A DNA stretch of 64,000 bases. It comes from Candidatus Marinacidobacterales bacterium (GTDB lineage: Bacteria > Acidobacteriota > Vicinamibacteria > Marinacidobacterales > DATDRI01). Below, in pieces: positions 24,584 to 35,694 of this stretch. The notes under the pieces are model-generated. The model did not search any database. It had not been told where the DNA came from and saw only the letters and a program-made list of their open reading frames with translations. The DNA lies in contig CBDCNP010000002.1 of NCBI GenBank assembly GCA_965219415.1, positions 5,408,001 through 5,472,000 on the forward strand, in the 5' to 3' direction. Positions within the stretch are counted from its first letter, which is position 1. Each line of letters starts with the position of its first letter. The translations under genes were made by a program, and so were the position numbers.

Positions 24584-24722
24584 GGTGGTTGCGCTGTTTC
24601 CTGTTGGTGATGTGTACGGATCCCTTTGCAAAAAAAGTGCTTACGCTCCATTTTGCGCGCAGCGAAGGTCACGAGCGCTATTTTGGCTGTAATTTAATGC
24701 ACCGTAAAGTCTTAGCGTCATC
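24584..24722. mobile_element. IS1-like-derived MITE, copy 2 (right TIR lost)
   Basis: Colinear with 7121-7260. Confidence 0.8.
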
Positions 24723-24768
24723 TTCATGAAGAAGTTCTGTCACTAGACCTGAAGTGAGGAGGTAGGAT

Positions 24769-26088
24769 TTGTTCAAACGCATCGCAATCTCGTTCTTCCT
24801 TGTTGCACTCGCAAAACCGGTGCTCACCCAGGAGACTCCTCTGGCGTTCGTCGGTGCCCGGATCATTCCGGTAAGTCTGGACGGAAGTGTCGACATCGAA
24901 AGCGGCGTCCTGGTCATTCATCAAGGCAAGATCGTCGCCGTCAGTCCCCTCGATTCAGTCGATATCCCGTCGGGCGCGGAGCGGCACGATGTCGCGGGCT
25001 GGGTCATCATGCCGGGTCTGGTCGATACCCATAGCCATATCGCCGGACCACGGGGAGCGGACCGCAGCGCGCCGATCCAACCGGACGCGCGCGTGCTGGA
25101 CTCACTCAACATGCGCGACGCGAGGGTGCAAAAGGCGCAGGCGGGCGGCATCACCACTGCCAATATCATGCCGGGCTCCGGGCATTTGATGAGCGGACAA
25201 ACTCTCTACCTCAAACTGCGGGAGGGGCGCATCATCGACGACTTCTTGATTCGCAGAGAGGACGGGAGCATCGCGTCGGGAATGAAGATGGCGAACGGCA
25301 CGAACTCGCGAAGGGACCCTCCGTTTCCAGGTACCAGAGCCAAGTCGGCGGCGCTGGTAAGAGAGCAGTACGTCAAGGCACAGGAGTACCGTGAAAAAAT
25401 TCGTCGCGCCGACGGTGATCCAGAAAAGATGCCGCCCCGCGACTTACGGATGGAAGCCCTCGTCGAAATTCTCGAAGGAAAACGGATGGTGCACCACCAC
25501 ACGCATCGTTACGACGACATTTTGACCGTCCTTAGACTCGCGGAAGAGTTCGGGTTTCGCGTCGTGCTCCAACACGCGAGCGACGCCCATAAGGTCGCAG
25601 AAGAGATCGCTGCTGCCGGAGCGCCGGTATCGATCATTACCCTCGACAGTCCGGGCGGAAAGATCGAAGCCAAGGACGGACAATTCTCGCAGGGTAACGG
25701 CGCAGCGCTAGAGAAAGCAGGTGCGGTGGTTGGTTTTCACACCGATGACAGCATCACCGATTCGCGACTCTTCCTACGTTCGGCAGCACTTGCAGTGCGC
25801 GCGGGAATGAGTCGCGCCGGCGCGATCTATGGACTGACCATGGCGGGCGCACGGATGTTGGAGCTTGAGGATCGTATCGGCTCTCTCGAGCCCGGCAAGG
25901 ACGCCGATTTTGTCGTTCTTTCCGGAGATCCATTGAGCGTTTACACCAAGGTCCTCCAAACATGGGTGGAAGGCGAGATGGTCTTCGATCGCAGTACTCC
26001 ACAGGATCGCTTGTACGCGGTGGGCGGATACGGTGCGGGTCACGATCAACCTCTGGTTTTCCAAGAGCTCTTGGACGAGGGACGATGA
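24769..26088 (+). CDS. Amidohydrolase (imidazolonepropionase-like), secreted
   Basis: MPGLVDTHSH, GFHTDD and IGSLEPGKDADFVV; the next overlapping gene is cut at 26122 by a B end. Confidence 0.9.
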   Translation: MFKRIAISFFLVALAKPVLTQETPLAFVGARIIPVSLDGSVDIESGVLVIHQGKIVAVSPLDSVDIPSGAERHDVAGWVIMPGLVDTHSHIAGPRGADRSAPIQPDARVLDSLNMRDARVQKAQAGGITTANIMPGSGHLMSGQTLYLKLREGRIIDDFLIRREDGSIASGMKMANGTNSRRDPPFPGTRAKSAALVREQYVKAQEYREKIRRADGDPEKMPPRDLRMEALVEILEGKRMVHHHTHRYDDILTVLRLAEEFGFRVVLQHASDAHKVAEEIAAAGAPVSIITLDSPGGKIEAKDGQFSQGNGAALEKAGAVVGFHTDDSITDSRLFLRSAALAVRAGMSRAGAIYGLTMAGARMLELEDRIGSLEPGKDADFVVLSGDPLSVYTKVLQTWVEGEMVFDRSTPQDRLYAVGGYGAGHDQPLVFQELLDEGR

Positions 26089-26379
26089 TGCGACGAAAGA
26101 GCGTTGTTCTGGTTTCCATCCCGTCCTGTGCCAAAACTCGGCTCTTTTGAAATAGACCATAAATCAGCAGCTTAGACGTCGCCGGAGTTCAGCTTGCGCC
26201 AAACTGTGCATAAATGCCGTCCTCGCACGACGACGTGGACGAGCCGGCAACAGTAGACGGAGCAACCACCCATAATCCGGTATAGAATACGCCTATCGTC
26301 GAAATTTGAAGAGCTGATGTCCGTCGCTGTCGCAAGCGGTACGGGCGGAAGCGGAGAAGGACGTGAAGGGAGCAGGGAC

Positions 26380-29037
26380 GTGAAGAAGAGTGGTCGGAGA
26401 CGTGCCGCTGGGCTGCTAGCAGCACTTGTGCTTTCCTGGCTGCCCATCGAAGCGGAGGCACTCAGCGCCGCCCAGGACGATCGGCAGGACCAGATCGAGG
26501 CGCTGAGCCGGGTGCTCGGGATGACCACGGCGGAGATCGAGGCGATGGATCTGTCCTCCGAGGAGATGCAGTTTTTGCTGGAGGGCTATACCGAGGAGAC
26601 GGTCGTCGTCGGTACTCGTGCGCAGCCGCGGACGGTCGCCGAGTCACCGGTTCCGGTCGATGTTCTCTCCTCCTTCGACATCACCAGGCAGGGCGCCGTC
26701 AACCTGCAGGAGCAGCTTAGGACGCTCGTCCCGTCGTTCAACATCAACACACAGCCGATAAGCGACGCCTCGACGGTCGTTCGGCCGGCAATGCTACGCA
26801 ACCTCGCGCCGGACCATACGCTCGTCCTGATCAACGGCAAGCGCCGCCACCGCTCGTCGATCATCGACTGGCACGGCGGCAACGGCGTCGCCTTCGGGTC
26901 ACAGGGCCCGGACATCTCGGCCATTCCGTCGATTGCGTTACGGCAGGTCGAGGTGCTGCGCGATGGCGCGGCGGCGCAGTACGGCTCGGATGCGATCGCC
27001 GGCGTGATGAACTTCCAACTCAAGGATGCTCCATCGGGGGGCACACTCACGTTCAACACCGGCACTTTCGGCTCGGGCGACGGCGAAGCCTTTAACGTCG
27101 CCGGAAATGTTGGACTGCCGCTCGGCGCCACCGGCTTCGCCAACCTCAGCTTGGAGTACGGCAGCTCGAACCCGACCAACCGGAGCGCGCCTCGCAGCGA
27201 TGCGATCGCACTACGGGCGGCCGGTAACGCGGACATCGCCTCCGAAACGCCCCAGATCTGGGGCTCGCCGCGGGTCGATGACGACCTGAAGCTGTTCGGG
27301 AACTTCGGCTACACCGCCGCCAACGGCGTGCAGTTCTACAGCCACACAAACTACGCCAGCAAAAAAGTGACGGGTGGATTCTTCTTCCGGAACCCGAACA
27401 CGCGGGGCGGCGTCTTCAGCATCGACGGCGGCAAGACGCTGCTGATCGGCGACGCGCTCATGGCGGCAGGCACCGGCTCGGCGAACTGCCCCACGGTCGC
27501 GATCACTGACCACGTCGCCGACCCGGCCGCCCTGGAGCAGGTGTTCGACGACCCGAACTGCTTCTCGTTCCGGGAGCGGTTTCCAGGCGGTTTCACCCCA
27601 AACTTCGGTGGCGAAGCGACGGACGTGTCACTCGTCGTCGGCGTCCGTGGCTTCACTGCGGCCGGCTTCGTCTGGGACGTGAGCGGCTCGGTCGGGGCTC
27701 ACGAGACTGATCTGTTCATCTCCGACACCGTCAACGCCTCGCTCGGTCCCGACACGCCGACCGCGTTCGATCTCGGTAGCAACCGGCAGCGGGAGACCGG
27801 CGTCAACTTCGATGTCTCCTACGCCGCTACCGAGATGGTCAACCTCGCCGTTGGCGCGGAATGGCGTGACGAGCAGTACCAGACTACCGAGGGTCATCCG
27901 ACATCGTGGACAGTCGGTCCCTATGGACGCGGGCAGGGCTTCTCGGCCGGTTCCAACGGCTTCTTCGGCTACGGGCCGCTCGCCGCGGGCACCTGGAACC
28001 GGAGCAACGTCGCGGTCTACGGCGATCTGGAGCTGAACGACCCAGACGACGGCTGGACCCTCGGAGCCGCAGTCCGGGTCGAGAACTTCGAAGATTTCGG
28101 CACGACGACGAACGGTAAGGTCTCCGGCCGGGTCGGTTTCGTGCGCGCCAGCGTGAGCAGTGGTTTCCGCGCGCCGACCCCAGGCCAGCAGAACGGGTTC
28201 AACATTGCGACCATCTTCGACCCGGCGCTCGGCGATCTAGTGAACAACGGCACCATCCCGTCGAACTCCCCGGTGGCGGCACTTCGCGGCGGTGTGCCTC
28301 TGCGTCCCGAAACGTCGATCAACTACACAGCCGGAGTGGTTTTCGATACCGGGCTGTTCAATTTCACGGCCGACTACTTCCGCATCGACGTCTCGGACCG
28401 GCTCGGTATCACGAGCAACTTCACTCTTGAGAATGACGAGATCGACGCGCTGCTGGCGCAGGGTGTGGACGCCGCACGCGACCTGAAACGATTCAGGTTC
28501 TTCACCAACGCGTTCGCCACCCGGTCGCAGGGCATCGACATGGTCTCGACCTTCACTCCTATCGCCCTGCGGGGCAACACCGTCATCAGCGCCGTCTTCA
28601 ACTACACCGACACCGTGGTGACCAACAACGACCAGGGACTGCTCAACGACCGGCGGCTCACCGAGTTCGCCTACGCGCTGCCACGGACCCGCTGGAATAT
28701 CGGCCTCACCCAGCGGATGGGGCGCATGAGCTTCCTCGGGCGGGTCAACTACTACGGCGGCTGGTACGACTACGACAGCGGATTCGCCAGGCTCTACACG
28801 CCATCGGGCGGTATCGACAACGGCTTCTTCGGAGGCAAGCCGGTCGTCGATCTGGAGTTGACCATTGACGCCGGCGCCAGCGCGACGGTGACGGTTGGTG
28901 CCCAGAACGCGTTCAACACCTACCCGGATGAGAGTGCGCGCGCGATGTCGGTCGGCGAGAAGTACAGCGAGTACACGCCATGGGGCTTCAACGGCGCCTA
29001 CTACTACGTGCGACTCGGGTACGGATGGGGCAGTTAG
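26380..29037 (+). CDS. TonB-dependent receptor
   Basis: TonB box ETVVVG, plug LVLINGKRRH and VEVLRDGAAAQYGSDAIAGVMN; start placed at GTG 26380 (ORF track gives 26317). Confidence 0.92.
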   Translation: MKKSGRRRAAGLLAALVLSWLPIEAEALSAAQDDRQDQIEALSRVLGMTTAEIEAMDLSSEEMQFLLEGYTEETVVVGTRAQPRTVAESPVPVDVLSSFDITRQGAVNLQEQLRTLVPSFNINTQPISDASTVVRPAMLRNLAPDHTLVLINGKRRHRSSIIDWHGGNGVAFGSQGPDISAIPSIALRQVEVLRDGAAAQYGSDAIAGVMNFQLKDAPSGGTLTFNTGTFGSGDGEAFNVAGNVGLPLGATGFANLSLEYGSSNPTNRSAPRSDAIALRAAGNADIASETPQIWGSPRVDDDLKLFGNFGYTAANGVQFYSHTNYASKKVTGGFFFRNPNTRGGVFSIDGGKTLLIGDALMAAGTGSANCPTVAITDHVADPAALEQVFDDPNCFSFRERFPGGFTPNFGGEATDVSLVVGVRGFTAAGFVWDVSGSVGAHETDLFISDTVNASLGPDTPTAFDLGSNRQRETGVNFDVSYAATEMVNLAVGAEWRDEQYQTTEGHPTSWTVGPYGRGQGFSAGSNGFFGYGPLAAGTWNRSNVAVYGDLELNDPDDGWTLGAAVRVENFEDFGTTTNGKVSGRVGFVRASVSSGFRAPTPGQQNGFNIATIFDPALGDLVNNGTIPSNSPVAALRGGVPLRPETSINYTAGVVFDTGLFNFTADYFRIDVSDRLGITSNFTLENDEIDALLAQGVDAARDLKRFRFFTNAFATRSQGIDMVSTFTPIALRGNTVISAVFNYTDTVVTNNDQGLLNDRRLTEFAYALPRTRWNIGLTQRMGRMSFLGRVNYYGGWYDYDSGFARLYTPSGGIDNGFFGGKPVVDLELTIDAGASATVTVGAQNAFNTYPDESARAMSVGEKYSEYTPWGFNGAYYYVRLGYGWGS

Positions 29038-29049
29038 TCAACCGTCCCG

Positions 29050-29800
29050 GTCGCTTGAGAGCGAGAAGCTGCTCCGGACCCTTAATGCCCAGCACGGCTT
29101 CGCCGACCTGCTCGGCATTCATGACGTCACACGATCGCTCGTCAAATACGAGACCGGCCGGCTGAATCGCGCCTATGCCGGGTTCGGCGCGAGTATCGCG
29201 CGCCGACCGAAATGGGTCTCAACCGAGCCGGATTTCATCTTGGGTGCACCGTCCGACGCCGTCTTTTCCCAGTCGCGGTTCGTGCGCGTCGTCACTACGC
29301 ACGACGACATCGAGGACGAGAGCGCTCTCGATGAGATTTGGAGCGGCGTTAAGGACCGCACCCTCGAGTACATCGAAGCCATGCTGCCCGAGCTCAGCCC
29401 CAAGCTGATGAAGTCATGGGAGGGTGTCTGGGACGCCGCGCGTCGTCGCGGTCCGGATTGGGCGCGCCAAGCAGGGGCGTCGCTTCGGTTCATCCTCGTC
29501 GAGGTTCTCGACACCGTGGCTCCCGTCAACGCCCTCACTGACATTCCAAGGCAGTACGTTCACAACAGCAAGCTGGGGCGGCCGGCGCAGATCTACTGGC
29601 TTTGCGCGCCGCTTCAGAACCCGACCTACCGCCGGGTAGTGCGTGCAGATCTCGAATCCGCCATCTCGATCATCGACGCGATGTCGGAAGCGGTTCACCG
29701 CCACGATTACGTCGAGATCGAGGACGCCTTCGACACGATGGTCGTCCGTGCCGCGATCGCACTCTGTCACCTCCTGAAGCTCCGGAAGGCGCGGAACTAG
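29050..29800 (+). pseudogene. Predicted pPIWI-associating nuclease-like (pP_pnuc_1) domain, no clear start
   Basis: LMKSWEG...GPDWARQAGASLR...VLDTVAP...ADLESA...EAVH pattern, recognised from memory. Confidence 0.5.
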
Positions 29801-29875
29801 CCAGCCATAGGCCCGGGCCCCACCGTGATTGTTGGCCACAGCATGCGACATCCGCTCTAGCGAACCAGGACCCCG

Positions 29876-29948
29876 GTAGGGTCGAGGGCTGGCGCGGTGC
29901 TCCGTAGGCGCGGCCTATCTGTTTCTCCCCGTTTCCTGTGGGAGTGCC
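29876..29948 (-). ncRNA. Group II intron 3' terminus remnant (domain VI)
   Basis: Reverse complement matches ~12859-12931 and ends CCCTAC; cut by a family-A end. Confidence 0.8.
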
Positions 29949-30072
29949 CGTCCTGTCCAAAAACACAAACGAACTCAAGACTGGCGCGCCGGGACGTTTC
30001 GGATCAGAGACGTCTGAGGCTTGGTTAGCCAATGGAAGCTAGAATCCTCGGTCATGAGGAGGCAGAGCCAGC

Positions 30073-31326
30073 TGTGCCTTCTATTTATTCATCCGCGCGC
30101 ACCAAACTTGATTAATCTCCGGTCTGCCAACACCATGCCGGCATGATTTCGTCGTTGGTTCCCGCTCTCATCTCTGCCTTCAAGGCTCGTCGCGAGCTGG
30201 CTCTCGAGAATGTCGCTCTTCGGCAGCAGCTCGCCGTCCTCCGCCGTTCCGTGAAACGGCCGCGGCTCTCGAAAGTCGACCGCGGGTTTTGGGTGCTGTT
30301 GCGCAGAATCTGGACTGACTGGGAGAGCGTCCTCGTCATCGTGAAACCTGAGACGGTCATCCGCTGGCACCGTTGTGGGTTCAGACGATATTGGACTTGG
30401 AAGAGCCGAAGGCGTAGGCCCGGACGACCAGGCGTCGCTCCCGAAATACGTGAGCTGATACGGAACATGAGCAGGGCCAACCCTCTCTGGGGAGCTTCCC
30501 GCGTGCATGGCGAGCTGGCGAAGCTAGGCATCTCCATTTCCCAGGCCGCCGTCTCCAAGTATATGGTTCGCCATCGCACCCCGCCGTCCCATACTTGGCG
30601 GAGCTTTCTCGATAATCATGCAAACGACTTGGTGTCGCTCGACTTTTTCACTTTGCCGACCGCAACCTTCAGAGTTCTGTTCGTCTTCATAGTCCTTCGC
30701 CACGACCGTCGCCGTATCGTTCATTTCAATGTCACCGAACATCCTTCTGCCGAGTGGACGGCGTAGCAAATGGTCGATGCTTTTCCATGGGACACGGCGC
30801 CTCGGTACCTGGTACGGGATCGAGACCGGACCTACGGAGCGTACTTCGATACTCGCGTCGACGGTCTCGGGATAGAGCAGGTCCTTACCGCACCGCGCTC
30901 CCCGTGGCAGAATCCATTGGTCGAAAGGATGATCGGCTCCATTCGACGTGAGTGTCTCGACCACGTGATCGTCCTCGACGAGCGGCACCTGAGGCGAATC
31001 CTACGCAAATACGTCGACTACTATCATTCGTGCCGGACTCATTTGTCGCTTGAGAAGGACGCGCCCGAGCCTCGCCGGGTAGAGTCACCGGCGATGGGCA
31101 AGGTCAGTGCCATTCCAAAGGTCGGTGGTCTCCATCATCACTACACTCGATGCGCTGCTTGAGCCGCTCCGCTCGGAACGGCTGCCGGACTTCGCACCAG
31201 CTTACACCTCTACCCCTGAGTAGAGCCGACGCCGGCTCTTAAAACGTCCTACATGAAGACGACCAAAGCATCCTGGTTGCAGGAAGTTCGCCAATCTCAT
31301 ACAGCTCGAGTTTTATGGAAGGGACA
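30073..31326 (+). mobile_element. Family-G rve element, full length, internal TAG at 30764
   Basis: TIRs TGTGCCTTCTAT / ATGGAAGGGACA; ORF 30143-31162 stays in one frame with a single stop. Preceded by a family-A left end at 29949-30072. Confidence 0.88.
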
Positions 31327-31991
31327 GGCAGCGGCTCAGAGGTCGGCTCAACGTTGGTGCGACTGAGCCCGTTGTCAAGTTTGGCTGGGAGTCCTGCGCG
31401 TACCCCAAATTGCGTTTTCTAGCCAGCTGGGATTGTTGAGCGCGTCTATTAGATTACAAGTTCGTGGGCTCCACGCCGGTGCGACGTGAAGGAGGCTGCG
31501 ATGAGAGTTGGTTCATAAGCGATGCGCCGGATTGGACGTCCACCAGAAATCGATTACGGGTTGCGTTAAAGCGGAAGGTGGTGCGCGAGACGCGTGTGTT
31601 CGGTACAGCCACGAGCGAATTGCTGGAAATGGCGGATTGGCTGGGGCAGAGCAGTTGCACGATTGTAGCGATGGAAGCGACCGGAGTGTATTGGAAGCCG
31701 GTGTGGCATGTGCTCGAAGGTCATTTCGAGTTGGTGTTGGCACAACCGGCCCACGTCAAGAACATGCCGGGTCGTAAGAGCGATATCAGTGATGCCTTCT
31801 GGATAGCGGATTTGCTTGCCCATGGTCTCATTCGTGCTAGCTTCGTTCCGCCAACACCGATCCAGGAACTGCGAGAGCTGACCCGAACGCGAAAGCAGTT
31901 CGTTCGAGGAATCGCTCGGGAGACCCAACGGATTCAAAAGACGTTGGAAGATGCGAACATCAAATTGACGAGCGTGATGAGCACCATTTTA
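31327..31991 (+). mobile_element. IS110-family element: left non-coding end plus N-terminal recombinase fragment
   Basis: CAGLDVHQK, AMEATGVYWKP and GRKSDISDA (DEDD RuvC-like). ATG at 31501 with early frameshifts; cut by the IS6 MITE. Confidence 0.88.
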
Positions 31992-32111
31992 GGTATTGTC
32001 AAGTTGAGGTTTCAAGCTCGAAGAGGGCCGCTAGATGATGGGGCTTGAGCGCACGGCGTTGCCAATATCTTGGGGTCGGATCGGCCCTGAATGCCTCAAC
32101 TTGACAGTACC
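31992..32111. mobile_element. 120-bp IS6-type MITE
   Basis: 18-bp TIRs GGTATTGTCAAGTTGAGG / CCTCAACTTGACAGTACC. Confidence 0.8.
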
Positions 32112-32173
32112 GTCGCGAGGTGATGACGAAACAACGTTGTGAGGTCCGACCGTGCCGTGTTAAAATCGCGCCG

Positions 32174-33412
32174 ATGTATTCCTCACTGGCGTGCTATGAA
32201 GGAAAGCTCATCTACGTCGCCAACCTGCGGGTGCCGAGCGAGAAGGCGCACGTCCTGCAGAGCTTCAAGATGTGTGAAGCTTTTCGCCGGCTCGGTCTTG
32301 ACGTCGAGCTCACATATCCCCGTCGGCGAAACACCGCTGCGATGGAAGGTGTGGACGCGCTGAGCTACTACGACGTGGAGTGTCCCTTCCGGCTCGTCGA
32401 AACGAATTGCCCCGACTTACTGAGACTCAGCGCCAACCCACACATACAAATGATGCTGTTCGTGGCTCACTCGACGCTGTTCACCATCCAGTCCGTGCGT
32501 CGCCGATGGGACGGGAACCCTTTGCTCTACACTCGGGACATGTTCGTGGCTCTCGGTCTTTCGCTCGCAGGACGCGCCTTTGTTATGGAGCTTCACTCGC
32601 TTCCCGATCGCGGGCCGACGAGGCGCTGGCTTAAAATCGTTGCTCGCGCCGCGACGGCGATCGTCGTCATCAATCGCCATCTCGTTGAAGATTGCGTGGC
32701 TCTAGGCGCTCCGCGAGAGCTCTTCTTCGTCGCTCCCACGGCCGTGGATGCCCGTCTTTTGACACCGCGCATGGACCGACAGAAAGCGCGAAGAGCGCTC
32801 GCGCTCGATACTGACGGACCGGTGGCGGGTTATACCGGGCATCTTTATTCCTGGAAGGGGATCGACACCGTGATGGCTTGCGCCGAGAAAATGCCCGATG
32901 TCACGTTCCTCGTCGTGGGTGGGACGACGGAGGACGTCTCTCGCCTTCGTCAAAGAGTGGAGGTGCAAGAGTTATCGAACGTGCGTATCGAGGACCATGT
33001 GCCTCCGGTTCGGGTGCCCACCTATCTCGCCGCGTCGGACGTTCTTCTTCTGCCCAATTCTGCCAATGCACGGATCTCAGCGAGGTACACGTCGCCCCTC
33101 AAAGCCTTCGAGTACATGGCGTCGGAGCGTCCGGTGGTTGTGTCCGATCTTCCGTCGCTGGGCGAGCTGTTCGAGGACGAGAGAAACGCGCTTTTGGTGC
33201 GGCCCGATTGCCCTGATGATTTGGCGCGCGGTATACGTCAGATTTTGGAGGACCCTGCCCTGGCCCAACGGCTCAGCGCTGCTGGTCGTGAGAGTGTGCG
33301 TTCCCGGACCTGGGACCAACGCGCTGCGGCCATTCTCGAATTCGTTTATCTCCGCGGTGCACCGGTCCAGCGTTCCCATTGGGCGCCCGTCGAGTGCGGC
33401 GCTACCCGGTGA
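32174..33412 (+). CDS. Glycosyltransferase family 4
   Basis: YTGHLYSWKG and SPLKAFEYMASERPVVVSD; TAAAAT lies 7 nt before the ATG. Confidence 0.9.
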   Translation: MYSSLACYEGKLIYVANLRVPSEKAHVLQSFKMCEAFRRLGLDVELTYPRRRNTAAMEGVDALSYYDVECPFRLVETNCPDLLRLSANPHIQMMLFVAHSTLFTIQSVRRRWDGNPLLYTRDMFVALGLSLAGRAFVMELHSLPDRGPTRRWLKIVARAATAIVVINRHLVEDCVALGAPRELFFVAPTAVDARLLTPRMDRQKARRALALDTDGPVAGYTGHLYSWKGIDTVMACAEKMPDVTFLVVGGTTEDVSRLRQRVEVQELSNVRIEDHVPPVRVPTYLAASDVLLLPNSANARISARYTSPLKAFEYMASERPVVVSDLPSLGELFEDERNALLVRPDCPDDLARGIRQILEDPALAQRLSAAGRESVRSRTWDQRAAAILEFVYLRGAPVQRSHWAPVECGATR

Positions 33413-33841
33413 CGGTAAGCCGCCCGCCTCGGCGTTTTGAATATCGGCTTCAGCCGCTACCGGCTTCCGCTCGATCCGCACCAGAAGAAAAAGTTCGAAA
33501 GCCCTCCGAGATAGCGGAGCTTCACGTGGTGGGGAGCTCGCTCGTGATTTGCAGCCTCGATATGAGCACGATCTCGGCGACATCAGCACCGAACACGAAT
33601 CGCCTGAAATCTTAGGCGATATCTGCACCTATGATTTCGAGCGTGAAGGAATGTATCAATACGTCGTCATGAGCAAGGACCCGATCAAGGCCAACATGTA
33701 CAAGCGGGCCGACGCCATGGCTATGCAAGACGAGGTCGCGTCTTTGGTCGCGAGCAGCATCAAGGATGGCTGCCACCAACTTTGAACGCCGACTCCGAAT
33801 ACTCCACTTCTGCCACTGGCTGATAGACCGTGCCGTCCAGA

Positions 33842-35222
33842 ATGGTGTTCTCGCGCGATGTCCTCAAACTCGTGGTCAACTCGCTGCTCCTCGACGCTTT
33901 CAATCAGGGGTTGTTAATCGTCATTGCATTCGGGACGATTCTTTATCTCGGCGTCGACTACTTCGGCGTTGTTCAATATTTTACCGCGGTTCGGCGCCTT
34001 CCCCGGTGCTTTTTACAACCATTTCACGTTAACGATACGACGGTTCGCACCCGTGGACGACACCCGTTTGCAGGCAGAGATTTTCCTTTCCAGTTTGCTG
34101 TTCCAGGTGGCGATCGCGTTCGGCGTTGTGTTGCTTGCCTTTTTGGGGTTTTCGATTTTCCCCGCGACGAGATTTTGGAGAATCGAGCATTCTCTGAAGG
34201 ACCCGCAGGTCACTTGGAACGTCGCGATTGTGCTGCTCTCTTTGTTGACGTCGGTGCTCGCCAATTCGCTGCGCGCCTTGGTCAACGCGCAACAGAAGAT
34301 CGTGACCGCCAAGCTGATGGCTACGTTCGAGATCGTGTTGAATCTCACCTGGTTATTGGCTGCCTTTTTGCTGCTTTCCGATCGTGCCTGGGGATGCGTT
34401 TTCGTGCTCGGCTCTCGCGTGGTCTCCCAAGTCTTCGCGGCTGTTCTGTCTCTAATCTATTTGTCTCATGTCTCCGATGTCTGGTCGCAGCTCGCTCGAA
34501 TCGGGCCGTATGAATGGATTCCAGTCTGCCGGCGGGTTAACCAGGATTTCAATCGGCGCTATACGCTGCCTCTCCAACTGGCTTCGGTCGGCGCGTTCTT
34601 CAAAGAACATCTCGCGGTGATCGTTTTGGGGCAGGCGGCTTCGGTCACGCAGGTTGCCTATTACCAGGTCGTGAACCGTATCTTCGTTATCCCCAAGAAG
34701 TTCATTCTGAGCACGATGCACGCACTCCTACCCAAGATCGTCGCTGCCATGGAGGCGGACCCCGCGCATTTCAGAAAACAGTTTCGCTTTTTCGCCTGGG
34801 TTCAGCTGGCGTTTTGCGTCACTGCGGCGTCCGCTATCCTCGTCTTGCAGCGCCCCATCTTCGGGTTGCTTGGGATCGAGGCGACTGCCGAGGTCGCGAT
34901 GGTGGTGCTTTTTTTCTCCATCAGTCTTTTGTTCAGCGCGTTGTCGCAGTCAAATAGCCTTGGGTTCCATTTCGGGAGCGATACCCGAGCCGTCATGGTC
35001 GTTTCTATCTTGCGGGCGAGCATTCTCACGGTGCTCACGATGCTGCTCGTCCCGCACGCGCAGGCGGTCGGAGGTGCTATCGCGTTGATGGTCGCCACCG
35101 CCTGCAGCTCCGTCATGCTCGTGATCGCGAACCGCCACGGGGTACTCTGGCAGTTGCGCGACAACCTTCATTACTTATTGGCGATGTTACTGGTGGCGAC
35201 TCTGTGGTACGCGGAGATCTGA
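33842..35222 (+). pseudogene. Wzx-like polysaccharide flippase, frameshift near 33990
   Basis: Multiple TM helices; the N-terminal MVFSRDVLKL frame switches to the FGAFPGAFY frame. Confidence 0.7.
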
Positions 35223-35429
35223 CGAATGGGCTCTCGCAATCACGTCCCAGTCGCTCTCCTCGTGGATCCTTTGGTTGGACTTGAGCGCGATGATGCTGAC
35301 GAAGAGAGTCGCGTGAGGTGGAGGGCGGCGAGGAGGTGAAGAGGCCAAGTCAGCAGGGCGTTGCACGAATCCGTCTTGATTCGGTCAAAGGTTTCGACTC
35401 GGCTTCTCGATACATCGAAGACGTGAAGA

Positions 35430-35443
35430 GGTACTGTCAAGTT
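35430..35443 (+). repeat. Solo IS6-type TIR directly abutting the IS110 left end
   Basis: GGTACTGTCAAGTT, identical to 56361-56374. Confidence 0.7.
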
Positions 35444-35694
35444 TTCCACGGCCTGACGGCCACCCCGAATGAATGAAACGCGGTAGTCTCTGTAGGTGGC
35501 ACCGGTTCAGAGGTCGGCTTAACGTTGGTGCGACTGAGCCCGTTGTCAAGTTTGGCTGGGAGTCCTGCGCGTACCCCAAATTGCGTTTTCTATCCAGCTG
35601 GGATTGTTGAGCGCGTCTATTAGATTACAAGTTCGTGGGCTCCACGCCGGTGCGACGTGAAGGAGGCTGCGATGAGAGTGGTTCATAAGCGATG
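35444..35694 (+). ncRNA. IS110 left non-coding end, candidate bridge-RNA locus
   Basis: Near-identical to 31327-31523; ends in AAGGAGG-ATG(35672) MRVVHKR. Contains TGTCAAGTTT (35544-35553), matching the flank at 35435-35444. Confidence 0.65.

Noticed and set aside
30764-30766. In-frame TAG in the family-G integrase as programmed readthrough
   Set aside because: The position corresponds to Gln in the homolog (WVIQQ), so a single CAG>TAG change is simpler.
30067-31332. GCCAGC/GGCAGC as a 6-bp TSD of the G element
   Set aside because: The left flank belongs to a family-A end and the right flank to the IS110 end, so they are not one target site.
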